Shown here: positions 10,593 to 23,565 of the stretch, piece after piece
How positions within the stretch are numbered: position 1 is the first letter of the stretch
Layout of the letters: every line of letters starts with the position of its first letter
IMG/VR virus record: IMGVR_UViG_2832702071_000001
Coordinates: 32,001 to 96,000 of that record
Direction: 5' to 3' (one strand)
Origin: a virus
Taxonomy: Duplodnaviria > Caudoviricetes
Length of the DNA: 64,000 nt
Translations under genes and position numbers: made by a program
The notes under the pieces: generated by a model
The model's database searches: none
What the model was told of the DNA's origin: nothing
What the model saw: the letters and a program-made list of their open reading frames with translations, nothing else

Positions 10593-12281
10593 TTAAATAT
10601 CTTTTATTTTCTCTTTAAACACATTTATATCACTAGACAATATACTTGTCATTTCAACCATTATTTGCTTTAAATTATTAATCTTACTAGATAAATCTTG
10701 GACAACTTTGAACATATCTTCTTTATTAATAATTTCCACATGGTCTAATGGTAATGTCCTCTTGTTGCCTAAGTCATCAATGAATGTAACGGCATCACTA
10801 TAATTTTCAATAACAACATATATTGGTTGGCTTGTGCTAGGTGACACCTTCTTTGGTTTAATCATCTTTATATCCTTATGATTATCTAATGCATTCTTTA
10901 TAAGCAATGATTGACTAGGATTAATAGTATAATAGTTATTATTTTTGTCAACCATCTCTAGAATTAATGGGTTACCAATGTAGTCAACTTTTACACTTAC
11001 TACTCTCATTTGAACAGAAACTAAGCCCAGTTTAGTGTCTGTGACTAGATACTCCTCATTAACTTTAAAATCTCTATTCATTATAACTCACCTTCCTTTA
11101 ATTAGTCAACACATTTTTATATTAAATTATAATTAATTTCAACCTTCTAAACAAAATTCATCGAAGTCTGAAGTATGTAACGTATATTGTTTACTGTTAT
11201 CTCCAAATTCAAAATTAATGATATCAACATTGAATTTAATCATATCAAGCGCCATTTTATTAACAAACTCTTGAATCCCCTCGTGATCGTTTTCTAATCC
11301 AAACATATTTACATGCGCCATTATATTTTCCTCCTATAAAGTCTCTTTTTATAATTATATACATTCAACTCAATATTAGCTCCCGTCCCAAAGATTGACG
11401 GTCAATCGATTTTTTATAAATGAGCTTAACTTTTTACCATAAAATTTAACAATATGAATTCCTCATTTAAATTTAAAAATCCCTTTTTCTTTCTTTTTTT
11501 GATTTTTATTGGAATCACGAACATTTTGATTTTCATTTAAGTCGTGAACGGTTTCTCGCAATTCACGTATTTCTTTCCTTTGCTCATAATTTTCCCATTC
11601 TAGATCATGAAGTTTTTCTCTCAACTTCGCCACACTTGCATCCTTAATGTCTTTGATTAACTTTTCTTTTTGCCGATCCTCATAATCACCAACAATATAA
11701 TCAATATAAATTTCTTCTACATTATCGTCGATGTTAAAGCTTTTCTTTTCGACAGAATACTCTTTTCCTTCATATTTAATAATATTATAATCTTTCCATT
11801 TTTCATTAACGTAGTTAAGCTTGTTTAAATAAATATACTCTACAAACTCTTCTTTTTTTTCTATATATTTTTCAGGATCAGAAATCTTGTTTAAAAGCTC
11901 AGTTTCAGGGTTATACGAAATCATTCCAGCCCATCCTCCCATAGTAAGGTGAGATCGTTGATCCATCTCTTTATAAGTATATTTAACCTTTTTTCCATAA
12001 ATTTTTAACATTATAAAAATCCTCCTTGTTTTTATATATTAACTTCATTCTACCTCATCACTAGTAAACCTTCTCCTATAACTCCACTTCACCCCAGAGC
12101 GATCTTTTACCCTTTTCTTTACGAGCCTTTTCCTGTGCACCTCTGATGTTAAAGACACTATATGATTTGTGTTATAAGCAGTATCTTCTACAATAATTGT
12201 TTTATCTAGTAATTCCAACTCTTTAAATGATTCCAATCCCCTCATCAACGAATCTAATTTGTAAAATGTAATATATGACAC
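10593..12281 (-). CDS. hypothetical proteins (10593-11081, 11139-11321, 11463-12011, 12045-12281)
   Basis: ORFs with RBS-like sequences. Confidence 0.6.
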
Positions 12282-12420
12282 TTTTTCTCCTAAAACTGTT
12301 TGGAAAGTTGAGTGTATTTCGTATACTTCTCTGTCTTTTTTTTATCATCTTTCACACGACTCTCTTTACTTTTAAATAGATTTAATATCTCAAACAACTC
12401 CTACCAAAACAAGGATTTTA

Positions 12421-13164
12421 TTATAAAATATATTCTTCACCTTGCCTAACAAAATTACAATTATTGATTTTCTCCATCAGTTCTACATCTGTGTCATCCT
12501 GATAGTGCATCATATAAATCCTCTCCATCAATTCATGACCGTAATAAGATCTTATCTCATTAATAGAAGCGTGAACTGGATTACTCACAATAGAACAGTC
12601 ATGAAATATCATGGCAGTCTTATCATCTATATGCCAGATCAATCCTTTTTCATATATTTTTGCGATATCTCCTGTAAATAGGATAGAAGAATTATTAGGT
12701 TGGATCACTTTAAACCCAAATGACTTCATTCCTTTTGCGTGATAATGGTCTGTTCTTATTGTTACAATCTTGTATTTATCAATATTAAATCCTTCTTCGA
12801 TATTAAATAAGCAGACATTAAAATAGCTCAAAAGGGTAAATCCATCTGTTTCCAAACCTCGGTTTAATGATCTTCTAAATTCCCTATATTGATCTTCCCT
12901 TATCCACAAATTAGGCTTATGGTTTAATATGAATTTGCAACGCTGCCCAATTTCCTCCAATCCCCCTACATGATCTGAATGTAAGTGTGTAATAAGAATA
13001 TCCGTTATGCTATTTAATTCATAATCAGACTCTTTCAAACTATAACGAATTGTTGTTCCTGCATCAACTAACATTCTTCTTTCACCAAAATCAAAAATAT
13101 AATTATTATGATAATACTTTTCTGTAAAAGCACCACCCACACCTAATGCTGTAATCTTAATCAT
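12421..13164 (-). CDS. MBL-fold metallo-hydrolase, Apyc1-like anti-Pycsar cNMP phosphodiesterase
   Basis: LGVGGAF..KYYHNN, THLHSDHVGGLEE, FHD, VH, MHYQDD and terminal RQGEEYIL match the recalled Apyc1 pattern; flanked by palindromic sites 12404 and 13183. Confidence 0.75.
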   Translation of the reverse strand: MIKITALGVGGAFTEKYYHNNYIFDFGERRMLVDAGTTIRYSLKESDYELNSITDILITHLHSDHVGGLEEIGQRCKFILNHKPNLWIREDQYREFRRSLNRGLETDGFTLLSYFNVCLFNIEEGFNIDKYKIVTIRTDHYHAKGMKSFGFKVIQPNNSSILFTGDIAKIYEKGLIWHIDDKTAMIFHDCSIVSNPVHASINEIRSYYGHELMERIYMMHYQDDTDVELMEKINNCNFVRQGEEYIL

Positions 13165-13217
13165 GCTACACGTCCTTTTTAAATAAAATTATGATTTTAT
13201 CTCAACCTGTAAATTAA

Positions 13218-13271
13218 TCTTAACATGTGTAATATATAAAATCAACAACTTTTTATATTAAATTATAATTA
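13218..13271 (-). promoter_or_regulatory. SigA-type promoter TTGATT-N17-TAAGAT preceded by the 18-bp motif
   Basis: Motif ends 8 bp upstream of the -35; would drive the Apyc1-like gene. Confidence 0.6.
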
Positions 13272-13299
13272 TTTTGTTTTCTAATGAGCAAACTCATTG

Positions 13300-13943
13300 T
13301 TAATTGTATACCCAGCCATCACCATCTGCCATATCGCTAAGTATAAGAGTTCTTATTTCATCATCATTGAACCATCTTAAATATTTATAATTATCATGGT
13401 ACTTTACTAAATGGTTATCACATAATAATTTTCTCCTATACATTTTCAATTCTTGTTTGCTATCTATTGAAATTATCTTTGGGTAACTAATTTTGTGAAA
13501 AATTGCTTTTGATTCTTTTTGTAGAGCTTCTTTATATCGCTTATTATGAACAACTAAGGGGATTTTGTGAAAAGCAGCTAACCTAATATAGTAAAAAGTC
13601 TTGCTATTTAACTTGTCACTGCTGTCTAAAAACATCTGTAATTGACCATCTATCATTTCATAATCCCCCCTTATTTTTGTTCATATACATAATTAACATT
13701 GCCAGTCAGATAAACAGTACCGTTCTCAACCCAACTAATAAACATGTCTAAATCACCAGAAATTACATTTCCGCTATCGTCTGTTAGCTGCATAACAATT
13801 TTTTGATTCATTAATTTTTCCTTTGAATTTAATTGATTGTAATTTTCAACTTCATTATTCAACTCTTCTGTTAATTGTCTAACAGACAACGCTTCTTTGC
13901 TCGCTTCTTCACCAAACTTCAGTTGAATATTTTTGCTCTTCAT
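13300..13943 (-). CDS. two hypothetical proteins (13300-13656, 13671-13943)
   Basis: ORFs with RBS. Confidence 0.6.
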
Positions 13944-13982
13944 TTTTATCTCCTTGTTTTTAAATATATTGTTATATCTTGT

Positions 13983-14555
13983 TTAGTTGTCTAGAGCGTA
14001 TGCGATATCTGAAGCATAATTCCAATCTAGTATTTGTGGTTGTGCTAATATTTGCATGAACGCTTTTGCCATTTGATATGCAACATCTTTTGCATGAACT
14101 CTTCCAGCCCCATGACCGAAGGCAGGAATAGCCACCGTATTAATATTTTTATGTCGCTCTGTCTCAATCAAAGTGGCTCTCATTGCACTATAGACATTTT
14201 CCGTCTTAGATATATCTTGCGGAATCCTCATTGTTGGGGTATGGGCTAAATATGGAATATTCTCATTTTGTGTATTAATAATAAAAGATGTCCCAACAGG
14301 CTGCTCGCTATAAAATTCTTTCATAATATATTCCTGTACACGTTCTTGTAATTGATTACCAAAATACCTAGTTATTGCTGCGTCCATACCTCCATTCATT
14401 AATCCGAAAGAATTAGCTGGTGACACTAAACAGTCAATATTGTCTAAGTTTTCAAATATTCCAGCGTGAATTTCAACATTATCAAACTTGTTGAACTCTG
14501 TTTTAAGTCTGTCATAAATAAATTCATCTGTGGCTATTAGAATATATTTTTTCAT
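13983..14555 (-). CDS. macro domain protein (ADP-ribose binding/hydrolase)
   Basis: DCLVSPANSFGLMNGGMDAAI and AIPAFGHGAG motifs. Confidence 0.9.
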   Translation of the reverse strand: MKKYILIATDEFIYDRLKTEFNKFDNVEIHAGIFENLDNIDCLVSPANSFGLMNGGMDAAITRYFGNQLQERVQEYIMKEFYSEQPVGTSFIINTQNENIPYLAHTPTMRIPQDISKTENVYSAMRATLIETERHKNINTVAIPAFGHGAGRVHAKDVAYQMAKAFMQILAQPQILDWNYASDIAYALDN

Positions 14556-14631
14556 TTTTACCTCCGCTTTCCTCTTGTTTTCTTTGATTTACTGCCCCAT
14601 TCTACTTAAATTTTCTAATAAAATCAGTATT

Positions 14632-15204
<573 letters not shown>

Positions 15205-15415
15205 TCAGTTACCGTTCAATCACAGCAGATACATCAAAAATATTAATTATGCCCTTATCCCATTCCAATACTTCATTGCCATTTTTCAAAGCTCTCTTGT
15301 AAGATTCGATTAGATTGTATTCTGTTTTAGCTGTTGTCATCAAGCCATATGTTCCCCAAATGTCATAATTTCTTTCTTTGATTTCCATTTAATTTCCTCC
15401 TATAAAACCAGAATT

Positions 15416-17276
15416 TCATCTCATATATTTTGCTGCACAAAAACCACCTATATACATTAATATTAATGGCACAAAATGAAACCATTCTAAATTTTTATTT
15501 ATTAATCCTACAATAAATCCAGCAGATAGCAGACAAATTCCACTAGTTAAAGAAAGTAGTTTATTTTGGTTTTCTTTCAGCATCTTTCTTAAATCAACGC
15601 TCATCATTCATGACACCTCTCACTCTAATAAAAAATATATTTTAACCAAAGTTCAACATTTGGTATTAATGTTTAATCTAATATATCCATCTGCATATTT
15701 GAGTTTAATTTGATTTCGGACTTCCATGCCATCGTTATCAGTGATCATAAGCCCTAGATTATTATATAATGAGTAACCTTCTTCTTTTAAAGCTTTGTGA
15801 ATCAACCTTTCTATAAATAAAGCTTCTGAGATCTCAGTTTTTTGATTATCTATTCTAATCACCCTTTTCTCCTTCTAATGAAGTTTTCGTTTTATTTTGA
15901 CACACAATCGTCTTTGACAACGACGAGTTTCTTATTGCCTCTTGTTAGTAAAAAATTTTCTAATCTATGTTCATAAATACTATACCAAACCATTTTTTTC
16001 TCATCGAGGCTATCAACACTCATTGTTGCATCACCATCATATATTAAGAAATTTAAAATTTGTTGAGTTGTATTACCTTTTCCTACCCCAAGGTCTCTTT
16101 CTGGTTTAAGATTAAATTCTTTCATTTTAATTTCCTCCTAATTTTATAATAGTTTTTCATTTTATTTGTTAGTTTGAATATCTTCTAATTTGCTCAACTC
16201 ATCAAAAAGATCCTTGCTAATTAGTTTCCAACTCATATCTCCATCAGTTCTAAGACCTATCGAATAGCTGTTCGTTATTGTATCATAAGCAACTTTAACA
16301 GCCCCGTTTTTGTTCTGCAAAACCTTTACACTTTTAAATTCAAGCATTTAATCCACTCCCCTTTCTGATAAAACATTCCTTTTATCGCATTATAATATCA
16401 TTTTTATTGCCTGTATTTTTCTATTTTTACGTCGAGACAACACTCTCCTACACACCATATTTCTGCATATATTTTAACAGTATGTTTATATGCGATCTTT
16501 TTATTTTTAGCCTTCACTATTCCGCCGAATAAATCACTACTACCTATCACATTTACACTTGTACGATATACATTCAACAACAGACCACCTTTTAATTTGT
16601 TGATTATCTTATACCTTTTATTATAATGTTATTTATGTCAACTGTTATTTTTATATTTTTCCTTTATTTCTTGCTTAGCCCTGATTCTTTCCCATTCCTT
16701 CTTGAAAACCAAATCCTCCTTGTCGCATTTTGGACAATAAATATAGCAAGCACGTTCAATTTCAATATATATTGGATCAGTTGTAATATATCCATCTTTC
16801 ACGTAATGCCAAATATGATTACAAGTATGTCTAGGTTTATTTTTGAAAATATTTAGTAAACCCACGCCCTCACTCCTTCCGTTAAAAGATCAGTTTTATT
16901 AAAGCTTTAAAAACCGCAGTGGACTATCAATTGACCTATTTGTTCTTTCAAATTGTTTTAGAAAGCTGTGAACTGATCTCATATCTTGATTAGATAGATC
17001 AATAAATTTAACATATTCTGGTTTCCCTTGAATTGAAATTATCGCCCAACTATGATTTTCGTAGTGGTTAATGTCTGCTGAAATATTGAATTGTTTCATC
17101 AGAATATTGTTTTCTTCGATTATTTTCTGATTTTGGTCTTGTAATTGATTCAATCTTGAGAATAATGTTGAGAATTTTTGTTCATTCCTAACGATGTCAT
17201 CCTGTCTTTTTTCTTTTAATTCAGTAATACCAATGTGTTTTTGAATTTTTAATTTAAACCATTCTATGATTTTCAT
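15416..17276 (-). CDS. short hypothetical genes (15416-15607, 15653-15862, 15892-16125, 16162-16347, 16638-16865, 16899-17276)
   Basis: RBS-ORF units mostly bounded by palindromic sites. Confidence 0.65.
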
Positions 17277-17355
17277 GTTTTCTCCTTTAAATTTATAATT
17301 TTATATTAAATTATAATTATATATTTGTCAACAATAAAATGATCTTTTTATTTGG

Positions 17356-18630
17356 TTAAATAAATGGCAAATCTTCATCATCTTGATTTGGTTTGCCTAA
17401 AACCTCTAATGGCACACACTTTGTAAACGTAGGATAACCATTGTGTAATCCATTAAAATATTCTGGTTGAACCTTTGCTTTTAACAAAACAGACTTATCA
17501 TTACTCTTATAAAACTCTTTGATCTCTTTTTCTCGTCCTAAAAATAACCCATATCTATGCTTTGCTTCAACCTCTTCATTCAACTTATATTCAAATGCTT
17601 CTGTGTGAAAACTTGTTAGACGCCCGTCTTCATGTTGCTTAACATATTTATAGACAATGCCATCTTTAATCCACTCGGAAATATTTACTTCTTCTGCGTC
17701 ATCTTTTAAATGTCCACAATCATCTATTACGCCATCCCACGACAATTTATATTTTTCATTATTATGAATAAAATATCTCTGCTTTAATCCTAATGCGTTC
17801 TCAATTAAGTCATCGATGCTATTAAAAGATATGTCTTCTGGTTTTATAAAATAAGTCTCATCTAGATGTAGATTTGCTAGTTTATCCACTGCTTTTTCCA
17901 AGTCAAAAGCTTCTGTCTTGTCATCTGGAAGAACTTTATCTAGATTGACTCCATACATCCCACCGAGCTGATCTTTTAGTTCCTCATAAGAATTGATCTG
18001 TAAGTTCATACAAGTCATAACAATTCTGAATAGCTCTTGCTTGGATATTGTAAAACCTTTATCCTCATACTTATGTGTTCTAATTAAACTCATTAATGGG
18101 AAAGAAGTGCCTTTGTTGAATTTTAAGATACGCTGCGAATTATTTTTTAAGAAATCTCTATGTAAAATAAACTCTTCGCTAATAAAATCATATGCACCCA
18201 TACAAACCGTAAAGTCAAAAGAATTAAAAATATCTCTAGCAGAATTAAATAAATCATAGTGAATTGCCTGAATATGCAAAATTACCTCTTTGTTATTTAT
18301 AATCCTACTTCTACCGAAAAGGGTTGCTTTTTTTGTGTGTGATATAATATGATAGCTATACATCTCAGCCAAAAATTTAGCAATATCATCTTTTGTTCTA
18401 AAGTAAACATCGATATCATTAATTTCGTTATTAGTAAAGAGGCTTGTAATAGCTCCACCGGCAATGATTGCATTTGTATCCTTTAAAATATTATAAATAT
18501 CGTCTCCTAAAAAGTGCTTTAATTTTTTCTTTTCAAAGTCTGTATTAAGTTTCTGTTCGTTGATAATATTTTGATAAGATTTAATCTCTTTCCCTAATCC
18601 ATCAATATGCTCTTCTAATTTTTCTAACAT
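17356..18630 (-). CDS. nucleotidyltransferase-fold phage protein
   Basis: IIAGGAI...NDIDVYF (Pol-beta-type GG/DxD) and FDFTVC motifs. Confidence 0.65.
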   Translation of the reverse strand: MLEKLEEHIDGLGKEIKSYQNIINEQKLNTDFEKKKLKHFLGDDIYNILKDTNAIIAGGAITSLFTNNEINDIDVYFRTKDDIAKFLAEMYSYHIISHTKKATLFGRSRIINNKEVILHIQAIHYDLFNSARDIFNSFDFTVCMGAYDFISEEFILHRDFLKNNSQRILKFNKGTSFPLMSLIRTHKYEDKGFTISKQELFRIVMTCMNLQINSYEELKDQLGGMYGVNLDKVLPDDKTEAFDLEKAVDKLANLHLDETYFIKPEDISFNSIDDLIENALGLKQRYFIHNNEKYKLSWDGVIDDCGHLKDDAEEVNISEWIKDGIVYKYVKQHEDGRLTSFHTEAFEYKLNEEVEAKHRYGLFLGREKEIKEFYKSNDKSVLLKAKVQPEYFNGLHNGYPTFTKCVPLEVLGKPNQDDEDLPFI

Positions 18631-18694
18631 TTTATCTCCTCCATATATTTTTCTAATAAAATAGTTGTTTTATTATCAATTTTAATTAATTAAA

Positions 18695-21569
18695 CTAACA
18701 AAAATTTTTATCTTTTTGCAAAACACGATCTACTATATTTATATACCTCTTTGGCTTAACCCAATAATACGTCACAACAACAAAATTGCCGTCATCATCA
18801 ACTTTATATATAACTTCTATATTTTTCAGTGTCTTCTTGTAACTGCCATGCGCTGCTATTCCATATTGACCCTTAGCTATCGTTTGAACAATCTTATATC
18901 TTGGTATTCTTGTTCTGTCTTTGCCGTCATATCTTGTGCCATTCTTATTATCATGAGCATGATATGTAAAAACCAATCTCTTGTCTACATATCTACAGTT
19001 ATACATTTCACCACCCCTCTTTCTATTAGTCCGACTTTCTCATTCTAATGTAATATCTTTTTCGCATACTCCCGTAATTTCGACTATCATATGTAGATGT
19101 AGATCCAAGAGGAGTATCGGTAATTTCTTTATATTTCCCCACTGCTTCCCAACCTCTCTTACTCAATTCCCAGATAGCTAAAGATAAATCACGCTTATTA
19201 CTTCTTTTTATAATCGTTTCCATACAACCACTCCCTTTTTATATTAAATTATAATTATATATTATAAAATTTTTAGCGATATTTCTTCGCTGCTGTTATA
19301 TTGCTTACCATTTATATTAAATTATAATTATAAATAAGTCAATAGAATAAAACAATCTTTTTATTTGTTTATCCTTCTTTTGTAAGCATTCCACAACAAA
19401 TCAATTAATTCAGATCCAGTATATTCAATGTTTTCTGCTGTTTTCACAGTCCATTCATCCTTAAATAAATGTCTGAGTATTGAAATACTATCTAATAATT
19501 CAATCAATTTGCCTATCGTCACCTTCTTATGATGGTATTTGTACCAATCCTCTCTTGGTACGATGTCATCGAACATATTATAAAATTGATCTTCCGTTAT
19601 TTCTTTTGCCCGCTTTGGTGTAATGTGCTGTTTCACTTTTAATTCTCCTTTTTATACATATCTTTCAACAATTTACTTTTAATTTCATTATACTCTTCAC
19701 TTGTAGCGCCAAATCTAAGTTGAATTTCTGCTTCACTGCTAAATTTATTTTCTCGTCTTGAATGTAAAAAATCAAAAATGCTTCTATAAATTACTGATTG
19801 CATCATTGGTGAAAATTTATTAACCCAGCCCTCATTTTCTCGATAATCTAATTTACCTCTGTATATTTCCTCTGAAGTATCGAAAGAAACATTTAATCCT
19901 GAACAATCAGTTGTTAATCCCCCTTCAAATAGTCCACATACCTTACAGACAGATAGTTCATGATCCTCATCCCAGACATGTTCCATATAATCAATCTACC
20001 TCCTCTAAACAATCAACTGAAAATCCACCGCTTTTACCTTTTAATAAAACAACCTTTTCACCATGTCCTAACTCCCACGGTTCACTTCTTGTAATCCACA
20101 CTTTATCGGGATTCTTTCTTGCTTCGTAGCAATTGATCATTTTTACCTTTGTTCCAATTTCCATTCTCTATCATCCTTTTCCATTAAAATTGTCATTTTA
20201 ATTCTTGTTATGAATATCACCAGACCAGACTCGTTCTTTGTTACAATTTACACATCTATGAAAACTTTTGTATATTCCTGCATGATAGCAAACATAATGG
20301 TGCAATCCTATTTTACACCATTTACCTTTGTTTACACTTCCTATATAAGCTAATTTCTTAATTGTTTTCGCATATTGCTTTGCTTCTTTCTTATCGGTAA
20401 ATTGAATACCTGTTCTTATTATTGAATTATTCTCATAAATAAAATACCGTTTCGAACTTCTGTCATATTTAACCTTCAATCTACTCAATCAACCACATCC
20501 TTTAAAGTGCGTCTTTTACTCGATATCAATCTCGTCTTTATATGAATCGTTTAATCTTGCAACATATTTATTTTTCTCGATATCCCAACTTATATAATAT
20601 TGGTCTTTTTCAAAATCACAGTATTCTTCTAACCTAACTAAATATGGATCATAAAATTCATCGCCAAAGTTTTCTAATATTATTCCAGTCTCTTGTGTTA
20701 CTTTTGTCATCTTTTCTAAAAATTCTTTCACTTGCTTTTCCATTTTAATACCTCCTCTAATTAGTAACGTTATACTCCTGTTTAATTTTTTGCTTAGTTT
20801 TAATTTTTTCCCACTCTTCTACATAAACTAATTTTTCTGTGTTACATTTAGGACAAAATACACAGCAACCTCTTTCTAATATTACGTATATCGGATCTTC
20901 TGTTATATAATCATCTTTGATATAATGCCAGTCATGTTCACATTTGTTTTTAGACTTTTTGAAAAACCCCAGCAATATTTATCACCTCCTGTTATTTTAA
21001 TCAGTTAAAAGGAAAATTTTATCTTAATATCATATTATTATTTTTGATCTTGTTCACAATTGTCGCCTTTCTAGATTCTCCACACCATGCATAAGGATAA
21101 GTGTTTTCAGAATCCTTACCCTTAACCTTATCTATAAAATCATTAAATGCTTCTCGATTAATTCTTTCCCAAAAGAATATTTTAGTAGACTCTGGTTGCT
21201 CATCAAATGATAAAGTTTCATCCTTAAAAGCATCAACACAAGTATCTATAATTCCATCATAAATTTTAAAACTTTCATGAGGATTATCATCACTAATCCA
21301 TTCTTGACCTATTTTTAATTCCAGTGATCTCACACCTTTCCTGTTATAGTTAATTATCTTAATTTATATCTTGCCATACCCCTATCAAATGCATCTTTTA
21401 GACTTATAGATCTAGGAAATTCTCTTTTTAACCATTCTTCAGACGGATAATATAAACTGTGTCGGTCATATGGTTGCGCCTCATCTTCAACAAATTCAAT
21501 ACTTCCTAAATACCATCCGGCAGCAGATTCCATTCTTACACGATTAATAATCAATCTTATACCTCCCAT
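18695..21569 (-). CDS. short hypothetical genes (18695-19006, 19026-19223, 19361-19636, 19639-19986, 20198-20488, 20516-20743, 20757-20975, 21019-21333, 21354-21569)
   Basis: RBS-ORF units, many with the stop codon inside a palindromic site. Confidence 0.65.
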
Positions 21570-21581
21570 AAAAGAAACGTT

Positions 21582-22037
21582 TTATTGTATAAATTTAACC
21601 AAAGTAACCTCATAATCTTTAAAAGCACTGTCTATCAAGTCATAGACAATCTCCCAATCTCCTCCTGCTAAACCGCAACCTATACCATGTGGTAAAGCAA
21701 CACTTAAATTCAGAGATTTTGCCATTGATGATAACCTATTCAATGATTCACTAAGAGCTAAATAATCAGTCTGCTGCTTTTGAGTTCCTATTGATTCTTG
21801 ACCAAATAAATTGCTTACATATTTATTTTTATCGACAATTACAATTTGATGTTTGCCTAATAATTTGCGCTTTTCTATATGACTATCCACTAAACCTTTG
21901 TATTGCTCGAAAGCAATAGGATATTTATTTTTAATCTGTTTTGCTAAACCTGCACCCATAACACCGATACAATTAACTTGATGTCCAATGATATTTTTAT
22001 CTGTATTCAGAATATTACCTTCAACTATTTTTATCAT
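21582..22037 (-). CDS. macro domain protein (TARG1/DarG-like)
   Basis: IVEGNIL, HQVNCIGVMGAGLAKQIK and VALPHGIGCGLAGGDW motifs. Confidence 0.9.
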   Translation of the reverse strand: MIKIVEGNILNTDKNIIGHQVNCIGVMGAGLAKQIKNKYPIAFEQYKGLVDSHIEKRKLLGKHQIVIVDKNKYVSNLFGQESIGTQKQQTDYLALSESLNRLSSMAKSLNLSVALPHGIGCGLAGGDWEIVYDLIDSAFKDYEVTLVKFIQ

Positions 22038-22075
22038 TTTATCATCTCCTTTAAAATGTGCATTTCAATCTAATA

Positions 22076-23026
22076 TTAAAATATATACTCTACTTTTACT
22101 GGAATACTAATTGTATCTTTTACACCTGTTCCGAAACTAGCCTTAACTCCATACTCTGATTCTAGCTCGATATCACCTATAACATAATTTACATCTTTTA
22201 AGCTCATCAATTCTTCTTCTGAGATAGAGTCTTTGAAGTATAGATGCTTATTAATAAGAGGTAATAAAGCTTCACCTATAAGATTGGCAGTAAAAAGAAT
22301 TGTTCCATCATGTGTTGATTCTTTGATTATTTGGTGATGGAATTCTTTATTTGTACTTTTATCATATTCTATATGTCCTACTTCTAATCCTGATCCATAA
22401 CCACTGCTTTCTAATATTGATGAGATGTATTCCATGGGATTTATAATATCTATTTTACTCATTATTTTTTCTCCTTTTTAATTAATTAAAATCTGCATTT
22501 TACACTAGAACCCAGTTACCTTCCTTGATTGCTGATTCAACTTTTTCTTTTGTATATGTTAAAATGTCATCTGAATCAATGACATAGCAACTTTTATCGT
22601 AGTCCCATCTCCCCGTATGAATTTCTTCTTTATCTAACAATGGTATTATAAAAGTAAATTGCAAAGAATTCATTGTTCAATCTCCCTCTTTAATATAAAA
22701 TTCGTATTTTATTGAATTATATTGGATTCCATTTGTACCTTGTTTTCCGATAGATATCTAACATCTACAATCACCATGTCTAACTCTTCTGATGGAATAG
22801 ATAACCCATAATCAAATTGAAATATAAAAGACTTGTCAACTAAAGACTTTTTAAAAAGACTTAAAATTTCTCCATTGTTTTTGTCTTCATATATACTGTG
22901 GTTAAAATTAAGGCTGAATCCAATCACCATTTGATTTTCATTTTTATAAAAATTTGCATTACTAAAATACAAAGTAGGTAAACCTTTTTTGTTTTGCACA
23001 GTCTTTTCATAAACTATTACGTTCAT
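22076..23026 (-). CDS. hypothetical proteins (22076-22462, 22709-23026, plus a short ORF ~22505-22673)
   Basis: Bounded by sites 22051, 22486, 22695, 23050. Confidence 0.6.
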
Positions 23027-23134
23027 TTATTTTATCACCATCCCATCGGTTAAAACCCATCTTTTAACGCATTTGCTTATTCCAGCTGTAATGTCATTCT
23101 GATACTAAGATTTCTTTATATTTTATTAATCATA

Positions 23135-23530
23135 TTAAACTACTACTAAACATTTAGTCTTCATAAACTCTTCATAGTCCATATCACCCTTATCTTCATT
23201 ACATTTGGCGCAACTACACACTAGGTTGAAAGGAGTAGAGCATCCCCCTTTAGATTTTGGAGTTTTGTGGTCTATTGTGTCTCCATATCCGCCACAATAA
23301 TGACATGTATAGTTATCTCTTTTTTTTATATATTTTTTCATCTGTTTATTGCTTCTAAACTTCTCAACAGTATGATCATCTATAACCCTACAACTACCTT
23401 CTCTTACATGTATCAACGCCTTTTCATAAGACAAAAAACTTATAAATCTATGTTTGTTCTTAGTGCTGGACTTAACAACCACCACACCATCCTCGTTTGG
23501 TTTTAAATGTTTTAATTTTACTTTAACCAC
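23135..23530 (-). CDS. HNH endonuclease
   Basis: RDNYTCHYCG...TIDHKTPKSKGG....NLVCSCAKCNEDKG. Confidence 0.9.
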   Translation of the reverse strand: MVKVKLKHLKPNEDGVVVVKSSTKNKHRFISFLSYEKALIHVREGSCRVIDDHTVEKFRSNKQMKKYIKKRDNYTCHYCGGYGDTIDHKTPKSKGGCSTPFNLVCSCAKCNEDKGDMDYEEFMKTKCLVVV

Positions 23531-23565
23531 CTTCTTTTCATAATAATCCTACTAAAACTCATATT

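Noticed and set aside
11378-11410. Possible tRNA remnant or hairpin
   Set aside because: Only a 5-bp CCGTC/GACGG stem; no cloverleaf, T-loop or CCA; no tRNA recognised anywhere in the window
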